Shown piece by piece: positions 27,319 to 37,252 of a stretch of DNA of 37,252 bases. Numbering within the stretch: the stretch's first letter is position 1; each line of letters opens with the position of its first letter. The stretch is from a virus (taxonomy: Duplodnaviria; Heunggongvirae; Uroviricota; Caudoviricetes). Made by a program: the position numbers and the translations under genes. The notes beneath the pieces are model-generated. The model made no database searches, was not told where the DNA came from, and was given only the letters and a program-made list of their open reading frames with translations. The stretch is taken from positions 1 to 37,252 of IMG/VR virus record IMGVR_UViG_2529292912_000006. One strand, 5' to 3'.

Positions 27319-27326
27319 GGATCCTC

Positions 27327-27497
27327 ATGTTTGTCAAACCTGTTAAAGGGCGGTCAGTGCCTGACCCTGCCCGCGGCGACCTTTTGCCCGCCGAAGGGCG
27401 AAATGTTGACGAGAACAACTACTGGCTGCGCCGTGAAGCAGCGGGTGATATCCGGCGCGTGAATAAAAAGGTGAATACCGATGACGATAAGCTTTAA
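27327..27497 (+). CDS. Small ORF (56 aa) preceding the tail sheath
   Basis: ATG 27327 to TAA 27495-27497, overlapping the sheath start by 17 nt; not in the ORF track (under 60 aa). Confidence 0.3.
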   Translation: MFVKPVKGRSVPDPARGDLLPAEGRNVDENNYWLRREAAGDIRRVNKKVNTDDDKL

Positions 27498-28977
27498 CAC
27501 CATTCCGTCGAATACGCTGGTTCCGTTGTTTTATGCGGAAATGGATAACCAGGCGGCGAATACTGCACAGGACAGCGGAGCATCGCTGCTGATTGGTCAT
27601 GCCAATAACGGTGCAGAGATTGTTGCCAACAGTCTGGTACTGATGCCGTCGGCAGACTATGCACGCCAGATTTGTGGTGCGGGAAGTCAGCTGGCGCGTA
27701 TGGTCGAGGCTTATCGCCAGACCGATCCGTTTGGCGAGCTGTATGTGATTGCCGTTCCTGAATCCACAGGCGCGGCGGCAACAGTTACGCTGACGGTGAC
27801 CGGGGCAGCAACCGAAACCGGCACGGTGAATGTTTATGTGGGACGTACCCGCGTGCAGGCACCGGTGACCAACGGCGATAACGTCGCGACGATTGCCAGC
27901 AGTATCAAAGATGCCATCAATGCCGTTCCGGCCCTGCCGTTTACGGCCTCATCTTCGGCTGGTGTGGTTACATTGACCGCTCGCCATAAGGGGCTTTGCG
28001 GGAATGAAATTCCTGTCAGCCTCAATTACTACGGCTTCGGTGGGGGCGAAGTGCTGCCAGCGGGCGTACAGATTGCCGTGGCGACGGGGACCGCCGGAAC
28101 GGGCGCTCCGGTTCTCACCGGCGCGGTGGCTGCAATGGCGGATGAGCCGTTTGATTATATCGGTCTGCCGTTCAACGACACGGCCTCTGTTAACACGCTG
28201 GTGACCGAGATGAACGATACCAGCGGTCGCTGGAGCTATGCGCGTCAGCTGTATGGTCATGTGTATACGGCAAAGGCCGGCACACTGTCAGAACTGGTGA
28301 ACGCAGGTGACCAGTTTAACCAGCAGCACATCACCCTGGCGGGGTACGAAAAAGAGACCCAGACGCCTGCCGACGAGCTGGCAGCCAGCCGTACCGCCCG
28401 CGCAGCGGTGTTTATCCGCAACGATCCGGCACGTCCCACGCAGACCGGTGAGATGGTGGGTATGCTGCCTGCGCCGAAGGGGAAACGGTTCACGATGACC
28501 GAACAACAGACCCTGCTGTCTCATGGCGTGGCAACGGCGTATGTCGAAAGCGGGGTACTGCGCATTCAGCGTGATGTCACCACGTACAGGAAAAACGCTT
28601 ACGGGGTTGCGGATAACAGCTACCTCGACAGTGAGACACTGCATACCAGCGCGTATGTACTGCGCAAACTGAAATCCGTCATTACCAGTAAGTACGGGCG
28701 TCACAAGCTTGCCAGTGACGGTACCCGCTTTGGTCCCGGTCAGGCGATTGTCACCCCGGCGGTGATCAAAGGGGAACTGCTGGCAACCTACCGTCAGCTT
28801 GAGCGTGCGGGGATCGTGGAAAACTACGAACTGTTTAAGCAGTACCTGGTTGTGGAGCGTGATGCCAGCGATCCGAACCGCCTGAACACGCTGTTCCCGC
28901 CTGACTATGTTAACCAGTTGCGTGTCTTTGCCGTGGTTAACCAGTTCCGTCTTCAGTATTCAGAGGAGTCTGCATAA
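27481..28977 (+). CDS. Contractile tail sheath protein (Mu gpL-like)
   Basis: 498-aa protein followed by a tube protein and chaperone, as in Mu-like tail modules. Confidence 0.85.
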   Translation: MTISFNTIPSNTLVPLFYAEMDNQAANTAQDSGASLLIGHANNGAEIVANSLVLMPSADYARQICGAGSQLARMVEAYRQTDPFGELYVIAVPESTGAAATVTLTVTGAATETGTVNVYVGRTRVQAPVTNGDNVATIASSIKDAINAVPALPFTASSSAGVVTLTARHKGLCGNEIPVSLNYYGFGGGEVLPAGVQIAVATGTAGTGAPVLTGAVAAMADEPFDYIGLPFNDTASVNTLVTEMNDTSGRWSYARQLYGHVYTAKAGTLSELVNAGDQFNQQHITLAGYEKETQTPADELAASRTARAAVFIRNDPARPTQTGEMVGMLPAPKGKRFTMTEQQTLLSHGVATAYVESGVLRIQRDVTTYRKNAYGVADNSYLDSETLHTSAYVLRKLKSVITSKYGRHKLASDGTRFGPGQAIVTPAVIKGELLATYRQLERAGIVENYELFKQYLVVERDASDPNRLNTLFPPDYVNQLRVFAVVNQFRLQYSEESA

Positions 28978-29333
28978 TGGCCCGTATCGGGGGAACCTGT
29001 TATTTCAAAATTGACGGTCAGCAGCTATCGCTGACCGGCGGCATTGAGGTGCCCATGAACAGGACGGTCAATGATGACATCATCGGCCTGGACGGTTCAG
29101 TGGACCGCAAGGAAACTCACCGTGCGCCCTATGTCAAAGGGACCTTCAAGGTGCCGAAGAATTTTCCGGTGAGCAAAATCACCTCGTCTGATGAGATGAC
29201 CATCACTGCCGAGCTGGCGAACGGTCAGGTCTATGTACTGTCGTCTGCCTGGCTGCACGGCGAAGCGAACCATAATGCCGAAGAAGGCACGGTTGATCTT
29301 GAGTTCCACGGTGAAGAAGGGGATTACCAGTGA
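28977..29333 (+). CDS. Tail tube protein
   Basis: 118-aa protein directly after the sheath; SD GAGGAG. Confidence 0.8.
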   Translation: MARIGGTCYFKIDGQQLSLTGGIEVPMNRTVNDDIIGLDGSVDRKETHRAPYVKGTFKVPKNFPVSKITSSDEMTITAELANGQVYVLSSAWLHGEANHNAEEGTVDLEFHGEEGDYQ

Positions 29334-29653
29334 TTGAGCTTGTACTTAAAAAACCGATCATCGCCCACAAAGAAACACTGCATGTGCTGGAAATACGTGA
29401 GCCTACGTATGACGAGATTGAGGCGCTGGGGTTCCCTTTCTCTGTTTCACCTGATGGTGGTATGAAAATGGACAGTCAGGTAGCGCTGAAATATATCCCG
29501 CTTCTGGCCGGGATCCCGCGCTCGTCTGCAGCGCAGATGACGAAGCTGGATATTTTCAAGGCAGGCATGATTGTAATGCGTTTTTTTACCGGCTTGGAGA
29601 CGGAAGAGACCTCCGGAAGCGATTCTACAATGTCGCGTGGTTCTGGAAATTAA
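29330..29653 (+). CDS. Tail assembly chaperone
   Basis: Small acidic protein between tube and tape-measure genes. Confidence 0.6.
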   Translation: MIELVLKKPIIAHKETLHVLEIREPTYDEIEALGFPFSVSPDGGMKMDSQVALKYIPLLAGIPRSSAAQMTKLDIFKAGMIVMRFFTGLETEETSGSDSTMSRGSGN

Positions 29654-29737
29654 ACCCCCTTGAACTTCGCCGGACGGCTATTTCCCACTTTGCTGATCTG
29701 GAGGCAGAGGCCGTCCGTATAAATGAGGAGATGAAGC

Positions 29738-31645
29738 ATGGCTGATAATTTTCAGCTGAAAGCCATCATCACCGCCGTTGACAGGCTGTCCGGCCCGCTT
29801 AAAGGTATGCAGCGTCAGCTTAAGGGGTTTCAGAAAGAAGTCTCCAGCCTTGCTCTGGGCGCTGCCGGGGCGGGTACTGCAATAATGGGGGCACTGGCAC
29901 TCCCTGTAAAATCAGCCATCACCCTTGAATCGAAGATGGCTGATGTCCGCAAAGTGGTAGACGGTCTGGATACGCCGGATGCGTTTAAGGCCATGACGGA
30001 GCAGGTACGCGCTTTGTCTACTGAGCTTCCCATGTCTGCAGACGGGATCGCGGAAATTGTGGCGGCTGGCGGTCAGGCCGGGATTGCACGTGATGAACTG
30101 ATGCAGTTTGCCACTGATGCGGTGAAGATGGGCGTGGCCTTTGATACCACGGCTGAAGAGTCCGGGCAGATGATGGCCCAGTGGCGTACTGCGTTTAATA
30201 TGACGCAGGATGAAGTGGCCGGGCTGGCTGACAAAATCAACTACCTTGGTAATACCGGCCCGGCGAATGCGAAGAAAATCTCCGATATTGTTACGCGTAT
30301 TGGTCCTTTAGGTGGTGTTGCAGGTGTGGCTTCCGGCGAAATCGCGGCAATGGGGGCAACCATTGCCGGGATGGGCGTGGAGTCAGAAATTGCCGCCACA
30401 GGGATCAAGAACTTCATGCTTTCCCTGACCGCGGGAAATTCCGCGACAAAATCGCAGAAACAGGCATTACGTTTTCTGCGGATCAATCCGAAGAAATTAG
30501 CTGCTGATATGCAGAAAGATGCCCGGGGAACCATGCTGTCTGTACTGGATGCGATGGCTAAAGTGCCCAAAGAAAAACAGGCAGCTGTGCTGAATGCCCT
30601 GTTCGGGAAAGAGTCTCTGGGCGCGATAGCACCTCTGCTGACTAACCTTGATTTGTTGCGTACCAACTTCAGGCGGGTTGCGGATTCCCAGCAGTATGGC
30701 AGTTCGATGCAGAAGGAATATGCTTCGAGGGCAGCGACGACGGAAAACCAGCTTTTACTTCTGCAAAATCAACTTGATGCCATTTCTTCCACGCTGGGGG
30801 AAACGTTTCTTCCTGAGGTTAATGATGGTCTTGAAGCGGTAAAACCGCTCCTTGAGGAAGTGAGAACGTTTGTCCGTGAAAACCCGGAGCTCGTTAAGAC
30901 CATTGCTAAAATCGGTCTGGCCTTACTGACGGTGGGAGCCGCTGCAGGCTCTTTGTCCAGAATTATGAAAGTTCTCGGCGGTGTGATGAATATGACGCCT
31001 GCTAAGGGGCTGATTGCTCTTCTGGTTGGTGGCGCTTACCTCATTATTGATAACTGGGAAACCGTAGGTCCTGTCATAAAAAAAGTCTGGCACGTGGTGG
31101 ATGAAACGGCGCAGGCGATGGGGGGATGGGAAACTGTTCTGAAAGCGATTGCCCTGTTTATGGCAACCAAATGGGTTGCTGACGTTACCAAATCCATTAC
31201 CGCAGTGACCAGAGAGATGCGTACGCTGGGGAAGGTATCGGCAGAAACGGGATTGATGGGGAAAGGCCGCGGCTTTATCGGGAAGGCCGGGGTATATGGT
31301 TTTCTGGGAACCCTGATGTATGAGCCGGTTAAAGATACTCTGGAAAGTGTTGTTCCTGAAGATACGGTTAACTGGCTGGATAATAAAGGGCTGTTTCTGG
31401 CTTCAGACTGGACGCCTTTTTTTGATCGTAAAGAGTACGAGCAGTATCAGGCCAGCCTGAGTCAGTACAAACCCAATGTTCCGCTGTTGAATCCATCTTC
31501 TTCCATGACACAGCACAGCGAGCTGAAAGTCACGTTCGAGAATGCTCCGCCAGGTATGAAGATAATTGATGTACCGGGCAAAGCCGATCCCCTGATGAAA
31601 ATCACGCACGATGTGGGGTATTCCCCTTTTCGTTTTCCACGATAA
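29738..31645 (+). CDS. Tail tape measure protein
   Basis: 635-aa Ala/Gly-rich helical protein with hydrophobic central segments; SD GAGGAG. Confidence 0.85.
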   Translation: MADNFQLKAIITAVDRLSGPLKGMQRQLKGFQKEVSSLALGAAGAGTAIMGALALPVKSAITLESKMADVRKVVDGLDTPDAFKAMTEQVRALSTELPMSADGIAEIVAAGGQAGIARDELMQFATDAVKMGVAFDTTAEESGQMMAQWRTAFNMTQDEVAGLADKINYLGNTGPANAKKISDIVTRIGPLGGVAGVASGEIAAMGATIAGMGVESEIAATGIKNFMLSLTAGNSATKSQKQALRFLRINPKKLAADMQKDARGTMLSVLDAMAKVPKEKQAAVLNALFGKESLGAIAPLLTNLDLLRTNFRRVADSQQYGSSMQKEYASRAATTENQLLLLQNQLDAISSTLGETFLPEVNDGLEAVKPLLEEVRTFVRENPELVKTIAKIGLALLTVGAAAGSLSRIMKVLGGVMNMTPAKGLIALLVGGAYLIIDNWETVGPVIKKVWHVVDETAQAMGGWETVLKAIALFMATKWVADVTKSITAVTREMRTLGKVSAETGLMGKGRGFIGKAGVYGFLGTLMYEPVKDTLESVVPEDTVNWLDNKGLFLASDWTPFFDRKEYEQYQASLSQYKPNVPLLNPSSSMTQHSELKVTFENAPPGMKIIDVPGKADPLMKITHDVGYSPFRFPR

Positions 31646-31669
31646 CGCAGTCCTTTTTGAGGTCAGTCT

Positions 31670-33046
31670 ATGGATTTATCCTCATTTCCCACCCGACCTT
31701 CATTACTTTCGTCGTCTTCAGGCTGGCGTGACAGACTTCAGGACGCGTCATTTCGCGGCGTGCCGTTTAAGGTTGAAGAAGAAAGTGCGGGAACCGGTCG
31801 CCGTGTGGAAACACATGAATACCCGAACCGCGACAAGCCCTATACCGAAGATCTGGGAAAAGTCACTTTCCGCCCGTCCATCACAGCTTATGTGGTGGGA
31901 GATGACTGCTTTGACCAGCGCGATCGCCTGATTGAAGCGCTGAATAAACCCGGTCCCGGCACGCTTGTCCACCCGACATATGGTGAGCTGAAAGTCTGTG
32001 TTGACGGGGAAGTTCGGGTCAGCACATCGAAAAGTGAAGGGCGTATTGTCCGCTTTGACCTGAAGTTTGTCGAAGCAGGAGAACTCTCTTACCCCACATC
32101 AGGTGCGGCGACGGCGCAGACGCTGATGTCATCCTGTTCTGCACTGGATGACTGCATCAGTGACAGCTTCAGCGGTTTCAGTATCGATGGTGTGGCGGAT
32201 TTCGTGCAGAACGACGTTATCGGTAATGCCAGCATAATGCTGGGGTATGTTTCTGATGCGATGAAAGTGGTGGATTCTGCCGTATCGGATGCCGCCAGGC
32301 TGTTGCAGGGGGATATCTCGGTACTTCTGCCGCCGCCATCGTCAGGCAAAAATTTCGTTGAGCAGGTGCAGAAAATGTGGCGTACCGGGAAACGCCTTTA
32401 TGGTAACGCCAGCGACCTGGTCACCATGATCAAAACGCTTTCCGGTGTCAGCCTCGGCAGCGATCTGCAACCGCGCGGCGTCTGGAAAACGGACAGTAAA
32501 ACCACCGCCACGGCGACGCAGCAGCGTAACGTGGTTGCCAGCACCCTTCGTACGACCGCAATCAGCGAAGCGGCGTATGCCGTCACCCGATTGCCTGCGC
32601 CAACAACTTCCGCGGTGATGCAGAATTCCGCAGTGGGGCAGGCAACAACACCTGCGCAGAGCACTGGCTGGCCTTCCGTCACGCATCCGGCACTGAACAA
32701 TGCACCGGCGGTGAAAAACACGGTTGACCTGCCGACGTGGGAAGAACTGACTGACATTCGCGACACACTGAATACGGCAATTGATAAGGAGTTGTCCCGT
32801 ACAACCAGTGATGCGCTGTTTCTGGCGCTGCGCCGGGTGAAAGCAGATCTGAATGCGGATATCAACACGCGCCTTGAACAGTCTGCACGGATCATTCAGC
32901 GCACACCGGATGAGGTTTTACCCGCGCTGGTGCTGGCGGCGACCTGGTTTGATAACGCGGCGCGTGACGCGGACATTATCCGGCGTAATGCCATTACGCA
33001 TCCCGGCTTTGTGCCGGTGATCCCTCTGAAGGTGCCAGTGCAATGA
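31670..33046 (+). CDS. DNA circulation protein (Mu gpN-like)
   Basis: 458-aa protein in canonical position after the tape measure. Confidence 0.75.
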   Translation: MDLSSFPTRPSLLSSSSGWRDRLQDASFRGVPFKVEEESAGTGRRVETHEYPNRDKPYTEDLGKVTFRPSITAYVVGDDCFDQRDRLIEALNKPGPGTLVHPTYGELKVCVDGEVRVSTSKSEGRIVRFDLKFVEAGELSYPTSGAATAQTLMSSCSALDDCISDSFSGFSIDGVADFVQNDVIGNASIMLGYVSDAMKVVDSAVSDAARLLQGDISVLLPPPSSGKNFVEQVQKMWRTGKRLYGNASDLVTMIKTLSGVSLGSDLQPRGVWKTDSKTTATATQQRNVVASTLRTTAISEAAYAVTRLPAPTTSAVMQNSAVGQATTPAQSTGWPSVTHPALNNAPAVKNTVDLPTWEELTDIRDTLNTAIDKELSRTTSDALFLALRRVKADLNADINTRLEQSARIIQRTPDEVLPALVLAATWFDNAARDADIIRRNAITHPGFVPVIPLKVPVQ

Positions 33047-34122
33047 ACGACAATGTCACGCTACGGGTAAATGGCCGGGAGTGGAATGGCTGGACATCGG
33101 TGCGCATCGGTGCCGGTATTGAACGGCTGGCGCGGGATTTCAGTGTGGAGATCACTCGCCAGTGGCCGGGAGATGAGGGTATCACCACGCTTCAGCCGCG
33201 CATTAAAAACGGTTCAAAAGTGGAAGTGCTGATTGGTGATGAGCTGGTGATCACCGGCTGGGTGGAGGCGACTCCCGTTCGTTACGATGCCCGTTCGGTC
33301 AGCACCGGTATTGCCGGACGTAGTCTGACGGCTGACCTGATTGACTGTGCAGCCGAACCGACACAGTTTAACGGACGCTCGCTGGTGCAGATTGCGCAGG
33401 CGCTTGCTGCGCCTTTCGGCATTGAGGTGGTGAACAGCGGTGCGCCGTCGGGTGTTATTCCTGATGTTCAGCCTGATCACGGTGAAACGGTGATTGAGGT
33501 AATCAACAAAATACTCGGTCAGCAGCAGGCACTGGCTTACGACGACCCGCACGGCAGGCTGGTGATTGGCGGTATTGGCTCAACGCGGGCACATACTGCG
33601 CTGGTACTCGGGGAAAACATCCTTTCCTGCGATACGGAGAAGAGTATCCGGGAGCGATTTTCTGTTTACCAGGTGGCGGGGCAGCGTGCCGGGAACGACG
33701 ATGATTTCGGTGAGGCCACCACCACCGCGCTGCGGGCCCGCACAGAGGACGCATTTATTGCCCGTTACCGTCCGATGTATATCAGGCAGACAGGGCAGGC
33801 CACGGGGGCAGGCTGTATTGCGCGTGCTGACTTTGAAGCCCGACAACGGGCGGCGCGGACGGATGAAACCACCTATTTGGTGCAGGGCTGGCGACAGGGT
33901 AACGGTACGCTGTGGCAGCCCAACCAGCGGGTGATTGTCTTCGATCCGGTCTGTGGTTTCGACAATACCGAACTGCTTGTCTCGGAAGTCACGTTCACTC
34001 AGGACCAGAACGGCACCATGACGGAAATCCGTGTCGGCCCACCTGATGCTTATCTGCCTGAACCCGAAGCCCCCGGCGCGCGGAAAAAGAAAAAAGCCAG
34101 AGTACAGGAGGACCCGTTCTGA
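33043..34122 (+). CDS. Baseplate hub protein (Mu gpP / P2 gpD-like)
   Basis: 359 aa; position in a Mu-like baseplate cluster. Confidence 0.8.
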   Translation: MNDNVTLRVNGREWNGWTSVRIGAGIERLARDFSVEITRQWPGDEGITTLQPRIKNGSKVEVLIGDELVITGWVEATPVRYDARSVSTGIAGRSLTADLIDCAAEPTQFNGRSLVQIAQALAAPFGIEVVNSGAPSGVIPDVQPDHGETVIEVINKILGQQQALAYDDPHGRLVIGGIGSTRAHTALVLGENILSCDTEKSIRERFSVYQVAGQRAGNDDDFGEATTTALRARTEDAFIARYRPMYIRQTGQATGAGCIARADFEARQRAARTDETTYLVQGWRQGNGTLWQPNQRVIVFDPVCGFDNTELLVSEVTFTQDQNGTMTEIRVGPPDAYLPEPEAPGARKKKKARVQEDPF

Positions 34123-34670
34123 TGAGGACGATTGAAGCCATGCAGCGACAACTCCTCGGCCTGATTGGGCGGGCAGTGGTGAAAAGCATCAGTGCCGCCA
34201 CGAAATGTCAGACCGTGGATGTGTCCCTGATTGCCGGTGAACCCAAAGCCGGGGTTGAACATCTTGAACCCTACGGTTTTACCGCAAGGGCAAACAGCGG
34301 TGCGGAAGCGGTGGTGTTGTTTCCGGATGGTGACCGTTCTCATGCGGTGGTTGTTACGGTGTCGGACCGGCGCTACCGCCTGAAAGGGCTGCAGACGGGT
34401 GAGGTGGCTGTCTATGACGATCAGGGGCAGTCCGTGACGCTGGCCCGGGAGGGGATCGTGGTGGACGGTGCAGGTAAAACGATCACGTTTCGCAATGCGC
34501 CTAAGGCACGTTTTGAAATGGACCTGGAAGTGACCGGACAGGTGAAAGACCTGTGCGACTCCACCGGCACCACCATGTCAGCGATGCGGCTTGCCTATAA
34601 CGGGCATCGTCACAGAGAGAACGGTCAGGGCAGTAACACCGACAAACCGGATAAAGCGATGGAGGCATGA
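34122..34670 (+). CDS. Baseplate assembly protein V / spike (Mu gp45-like)
   Basis: 182 aa with central OB-fold-like region; canonical position. Confidence 0.75.
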   Translation: MRTIEAMQRQLLGLIGRAVVKSISAATKCQTVDVSLIAGEPKAGVEHLEPYGFTARANSGAEAVVLFPDGDRSHAVVVTVSDRRYRLKGLQTGEVAVYDDQGQSVTLAREGIVVDGAGKTITFRNAPKARFEMDLEVTGQVKDLCDSTGTTMSAMRLAYNGHRHRENGQGSNTDKPDKAMEA

Positions 34671-35095
34671 TGGAACTGTGGCTGACGGTGAACGGTAAAC
34701 GCACCTGCGCCAGCGCACCGCTGGATCCGCTGACCCGCGCCGTGGTGATTTCCCTGTTTACCTGGCGGCGGGCGGAGCCTGATGACAACGCCGACGTCCC
34801 GATGGGATGGTGGGGGGATACCTGGCCTGCGGTACAGAATGACCGTTACGGCTCCCGACTGTGGCTGCTTCAGCGCAGCAAACTGACCAATCAGCTGGTG
34901 CAGACGGTAAGGGGGTATATCCGCGAATGTCTGCAATGGATGATTGATGACGGCGTGGTGTCCCGTATTGATCTGGATATCCGCCGCACCGGGATTAATG
35001 AACTGGGTAACAGTATCACTCTCTGGCGTCGTGACGGACCGGTAATGATTTCTTTTGATGATCTGTGGAGTGCGATAACGCATGGCGGACAGTGA
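34667..35095 (+). CDS. Baseplate protein (Mu gp46-like)
   Basis: 142 aa; position between V-like and J-like genes. Confidence 0.7.
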   Translation: MMELWLTVNGKRTCASAPLDPLTRAVVISLFTWRRAEPDDNADVPMGWWGDTWPAVQNDRYGSRLWLLQRSKLTNQLVQTVRGYIRECLQWMIDDGVVSRIDLDIRRTGINELGNSITLWRRDGPVMISFDDLWSAITHGGQ

Positions 35096-36140
35096 ATTTC
35101 AGCGCCCGACGCTGGCAGAAAATATCAGTATGCTCCGTAACGATTTATTCGCCAGGCTGGACGTCAGCGACACGCTCCGACGCATGGATGAAGACGTGCG
35201 GGCAAAGGTGTATGCGGCGGCGCTGCATACGGTTTACGGTTACATCGATTATCTGGCAATGAACATGCTGCCTGACCTGTGCGATGAGTCCTGGCTGACG
35301 CGACATGCTGCGATGAAACGGTGTCCGCGCAAGGGGGCCACGGCTGCCAGCGGGTATATGCGCTGGGAAGGTGTCAGCGATGGCCTGAAGGTGACTGCCG
35401 GGAGTGTTATTCAGCGCGATGACCTGGTTCAGTACACGGCAACTGCCGATGCAACCAGCTCCGGTGGTGTCCTGCGCGTGCCGATCGCCTGCTCAACTGC
35501 AGGCGCGGTCGGTAACGCTGACGATGGTACGGCATTAATCCTGGTCACGCCGGTGAATGGTCTGCCGTCTTCCGGTGTGACTGACACCCTGACAGGCGGA
35601 TTTGATACAGAAGATCTGGAAACGTGGCGCGCCCGCGTCATTGAGCGGTATTACTGGACGCCGCAGGGCGGGGCTGACGGGGACTATGTCGTCTGGGCTA
35701 AAGAAGTGCCCGGCATTACCCGCGCATGGACATACCGTCACTGGATGGGAACGGGAACTGTCGGTGTGATGATTGCCGGCAGTGACCTGATTAATCCCAT
35801 TCCGGAAGAATCAACGGAAACGGCGGCAAGACAACACATTGAGCCACTGGCCCCGGTGGCAGGCTCTGATTTGTATGTGTTCAGGCCGGTGGCGCATACG
35901 GTGGATTTTCATATCCGCGTGACGCCGGACACACCGGAAATACGGGCTGCCATCACCGCCGAGTTGCGTTCGTTCCTGCTGCGTGATGGTTATCCGCAGG
36001 GAGAACTGAAGGTGTCACGTATCAGTGAAGCGATTTCCGGTGCGAACGGGGAATATAGCCATCAGTTGCTTGCACCGGCGGACAATATCTCCATTGCAAA
36101 AAATGAGCTGGCAGTTCTGGGGACGATTTCATGGACGTGA
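35082..36140 (+). CDS. Baseplate J-like protein (Mu gp47-like)
   Basis: 352 aa; follows the gp46-like gene. Confidence 0.8.
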   Translation: MADSEFQRPTLAENISMLRNDLFARLDVSDTLRRMDEDVRAKVYAAALHTVYGYIDYLAMNMLPDLCDESWLTRHAAMKRCPRKGATAASGYMRWEGVSDGLKVTAGSVIQRDDLVQYTATADATSSGGVLRVPIACSTAGAVGNADDGTALILVTPVNGLPSSGVTDTLTGGFDTEDLETWRARVIERYYWTPQGGADGDYVVWAKEVPGITRAWTYRHWMGTGTVGVMIAGSDLINPIPEESTETAARQHIEPLAPVAGSDLYVFRPVAHTVDFHIRVTPDTPEIRAAITAELRSFLLRDGYPQGELKVSRISEAISGANGEYSHQLLAPADNISIAKNELAVLGTISWT

Positions 36141-36715
36141 CAAACGATGATTATATCCGTCTGTTGTCGGCACTGTTGCCGCCCGGTCCGGCGTGGTCAG
36201 TCAGCGATCCGGCGATTGCCGGTACAGCACCGTCATTAACCCGTGTTCATCAGCGTGCGGATGCCCTGATGAGGGAGCTGGATCCGCGCACCACCACCGA
36301 ACTGATAAACCGCTGGGAGCGTCTGTGCGGCCTGCCGGATGAATGTATTCCCGCAGGGACACAGACCCTTCGCCAGCGTCAGCAACGGCTGGATGCGAAG
36401 GTTAACCTGGCGGGCGGCATCAACGAGGATTTTTATCTTGCACAGCTTGCTGCCCTGGGCAGACCAGATGCCACCATCACGCGATACGACAAAAGCACCT
36501 TCACCTGCTCATCGGCCTGTTCTGACGCGGTGAATGCGCCGGAATGGCGGTATTACTGGCAGGTCAACATGCCAGCTGCCACCAACACCACCTGGATGAC
36601 ATGTGGTGATCCCTGTGATTCCGCACTGCGTATCTGGGGCGACACCGTTGTCGAGTGTGTGCTTAACAAACTCTGCCCTTCGCATACCTACGTAATTTTT
36701 AAATATCCGGAGTAA
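36131..36715 (+). CDS. DUF2313 tail protein (Mu gp48 / YmfQ-like)
   Basis: 194 aa, the same size and position as ymfQ-type proteins upstream of tail-fibre genes in e14-like and Mu-like tails. Confidence 0.7.
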   Translation: MDVTNDDYIRLLSALLPPGPAWSVSDPAIAGTAPSLTRVHQRADALMRELDPRTTTELINRWERLCGLPDECIPAGTQTLRQRQQRLDAKVNLAGGINEDFYLAQLAALGRPDATITRYDKSTFTCSSACSDAVNAPEWRYYWQVNMPAATNTTWMTCGDPCDSALRIWGDTVVECVLNKLCPSHTYVIFKYPE

Positions 36716-36718
36716 TCC

Positions 36719-37252
36719 ATGCATCGTATAGACACGAAAACCGCGCAGAAGGATAAGTTCGGCGCGGGTAAGAACGGTTTTACCCGTGGTAACCCCCAGA
36801 CCGGCACACCTGCCACCGATCTGGATGATGACTACTTTGACATGTTGCAGGAAGAACTCTGCAGCGTGGTGGAGGCATCCGGTGCCAGCCTGGAGAAGGG
36901 GCGGCATGACCAGCTGCTTACTGCGCTTCGTGCGCTGCTGTTAAGCCGCAAGAATCCGTTTGGCGATATCAAATCTGATGGCACGGTGAAAACGGCTCTC
37001 GAAAACCTTGGTTTGGGAGAAGCGGCGAAACGGGGGGTTGGAACAGGGGAAAATCAGATACCGGACATGGCCTCTTTTGCCAGTGGTGATGGATGGATGA
37101 AATTACCCAACGGGAAAATCCTGCAATATGGTCGTGGTGCGGTTACGCCGACATTATCGACGCAAACAATGAGAATTACATTCAGCATCCCTTTCCCCAA
37201 AAAGCGGACTGCGCCATGCTTACTCATTCTGGTGATGGCGGTGCGCCTTTAG
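36719..37252 (+). CDS. Tail fibre protein, N-terminal conserved domain; ORF only 177 aa
   Basis: N-terminus [22 protein letters not shown]…[23 protein letters not shown]… typical of side-tail-fibre N-domains; ORF ends at TAG 37250-37252 after an atypical hydrophobic tail. Confidence 0.65.
   Translation: MHRIDTKTAQKDKFGAGKNGFTRGNPQTGTPATDLDDDYFDMLQEELCSVVEASGASLEKGRHDQLLTALRALLLSRKNPFGDIKSDGTVKTALENLGLGEAAKRGVGTGENQIPDMASFASGDGWMKLPNGKILQYGRGAVTPTLSTQTMRITFSIPFPKKRTAPCLLILVMAVRL

Larger units (their letters stand above)
1445..37252. mobile_element. Mosaic temperate prophage integrated at thrW (lambdoid regulation and lysis, HK97-like head, Mu-like contractile tail); right end beyond window
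   Basis: Integrase directly abutting tRNA 3' end, then continuous phage gene modules to the window end; attR not visible. Confidence 0.9.

Noticed and set aside
37190-37252. Gin/Pin/Hin-type inversion crossover site at the tail-fibre 3' end
   Set aside because: The terminal sequence does not contain the AAACC…GGTTT core of gix/hix sites as I recall them; cannot be supported from the window.
1-37252. CRISPR arrays, rRNA genes, IS elements or transposases
   Set aside because: No regularly spaced direct repeats with unique spacers, no rRNA-like conserved stretches, and no transposase-like ORF or terminal inverted repeats; the iteron and operator repeats are explained as ori and operator sites.

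Overview
The window opens in conserved enterobacterial chromosome (complete proA, then tRNA-Thr thrW) and from about 1.45 kb onward is a mosaic temperate prophage integrated at the tRNA 3' end and running off the right edge. All calls are from reading the sequence and ORF translations by eye; no searches were run. Order: tyrosine integrase and excisionase; leftward early genes resembling the CPS-53 yfdP-to-yfdT cluster; a ~400-bp GC-rich structured non-coding stretch; an immunity region (S24-type CI repressor, two AT-rich genes in the rexAB-equivalent position, YdaS-like Cro, YdaT-like CII analogue) with matching 13-bp operator repeats at putative OL and OR; Rha antirepressor; replication initiator with in-gene iterons; a nin-like region (Dam-type methyltransferase, LexA-DNA-binding-domain-only protein, RusA, KilA-N, DUF968, Q antiterminator); lysis cassette; HNH plus terminase; HK97-type head module; Mu-type contractile tail and baseplate; and a short tail-fibre ORF at the window end. 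The top candidate for an undescribed system is a reverse-oriented, strongly AT-rich three-gene cassette of unrecognisable proteins (15341-17068) inserted between Q and the lysis genes. No CRISPR array, rRNA or IS element was recognised.
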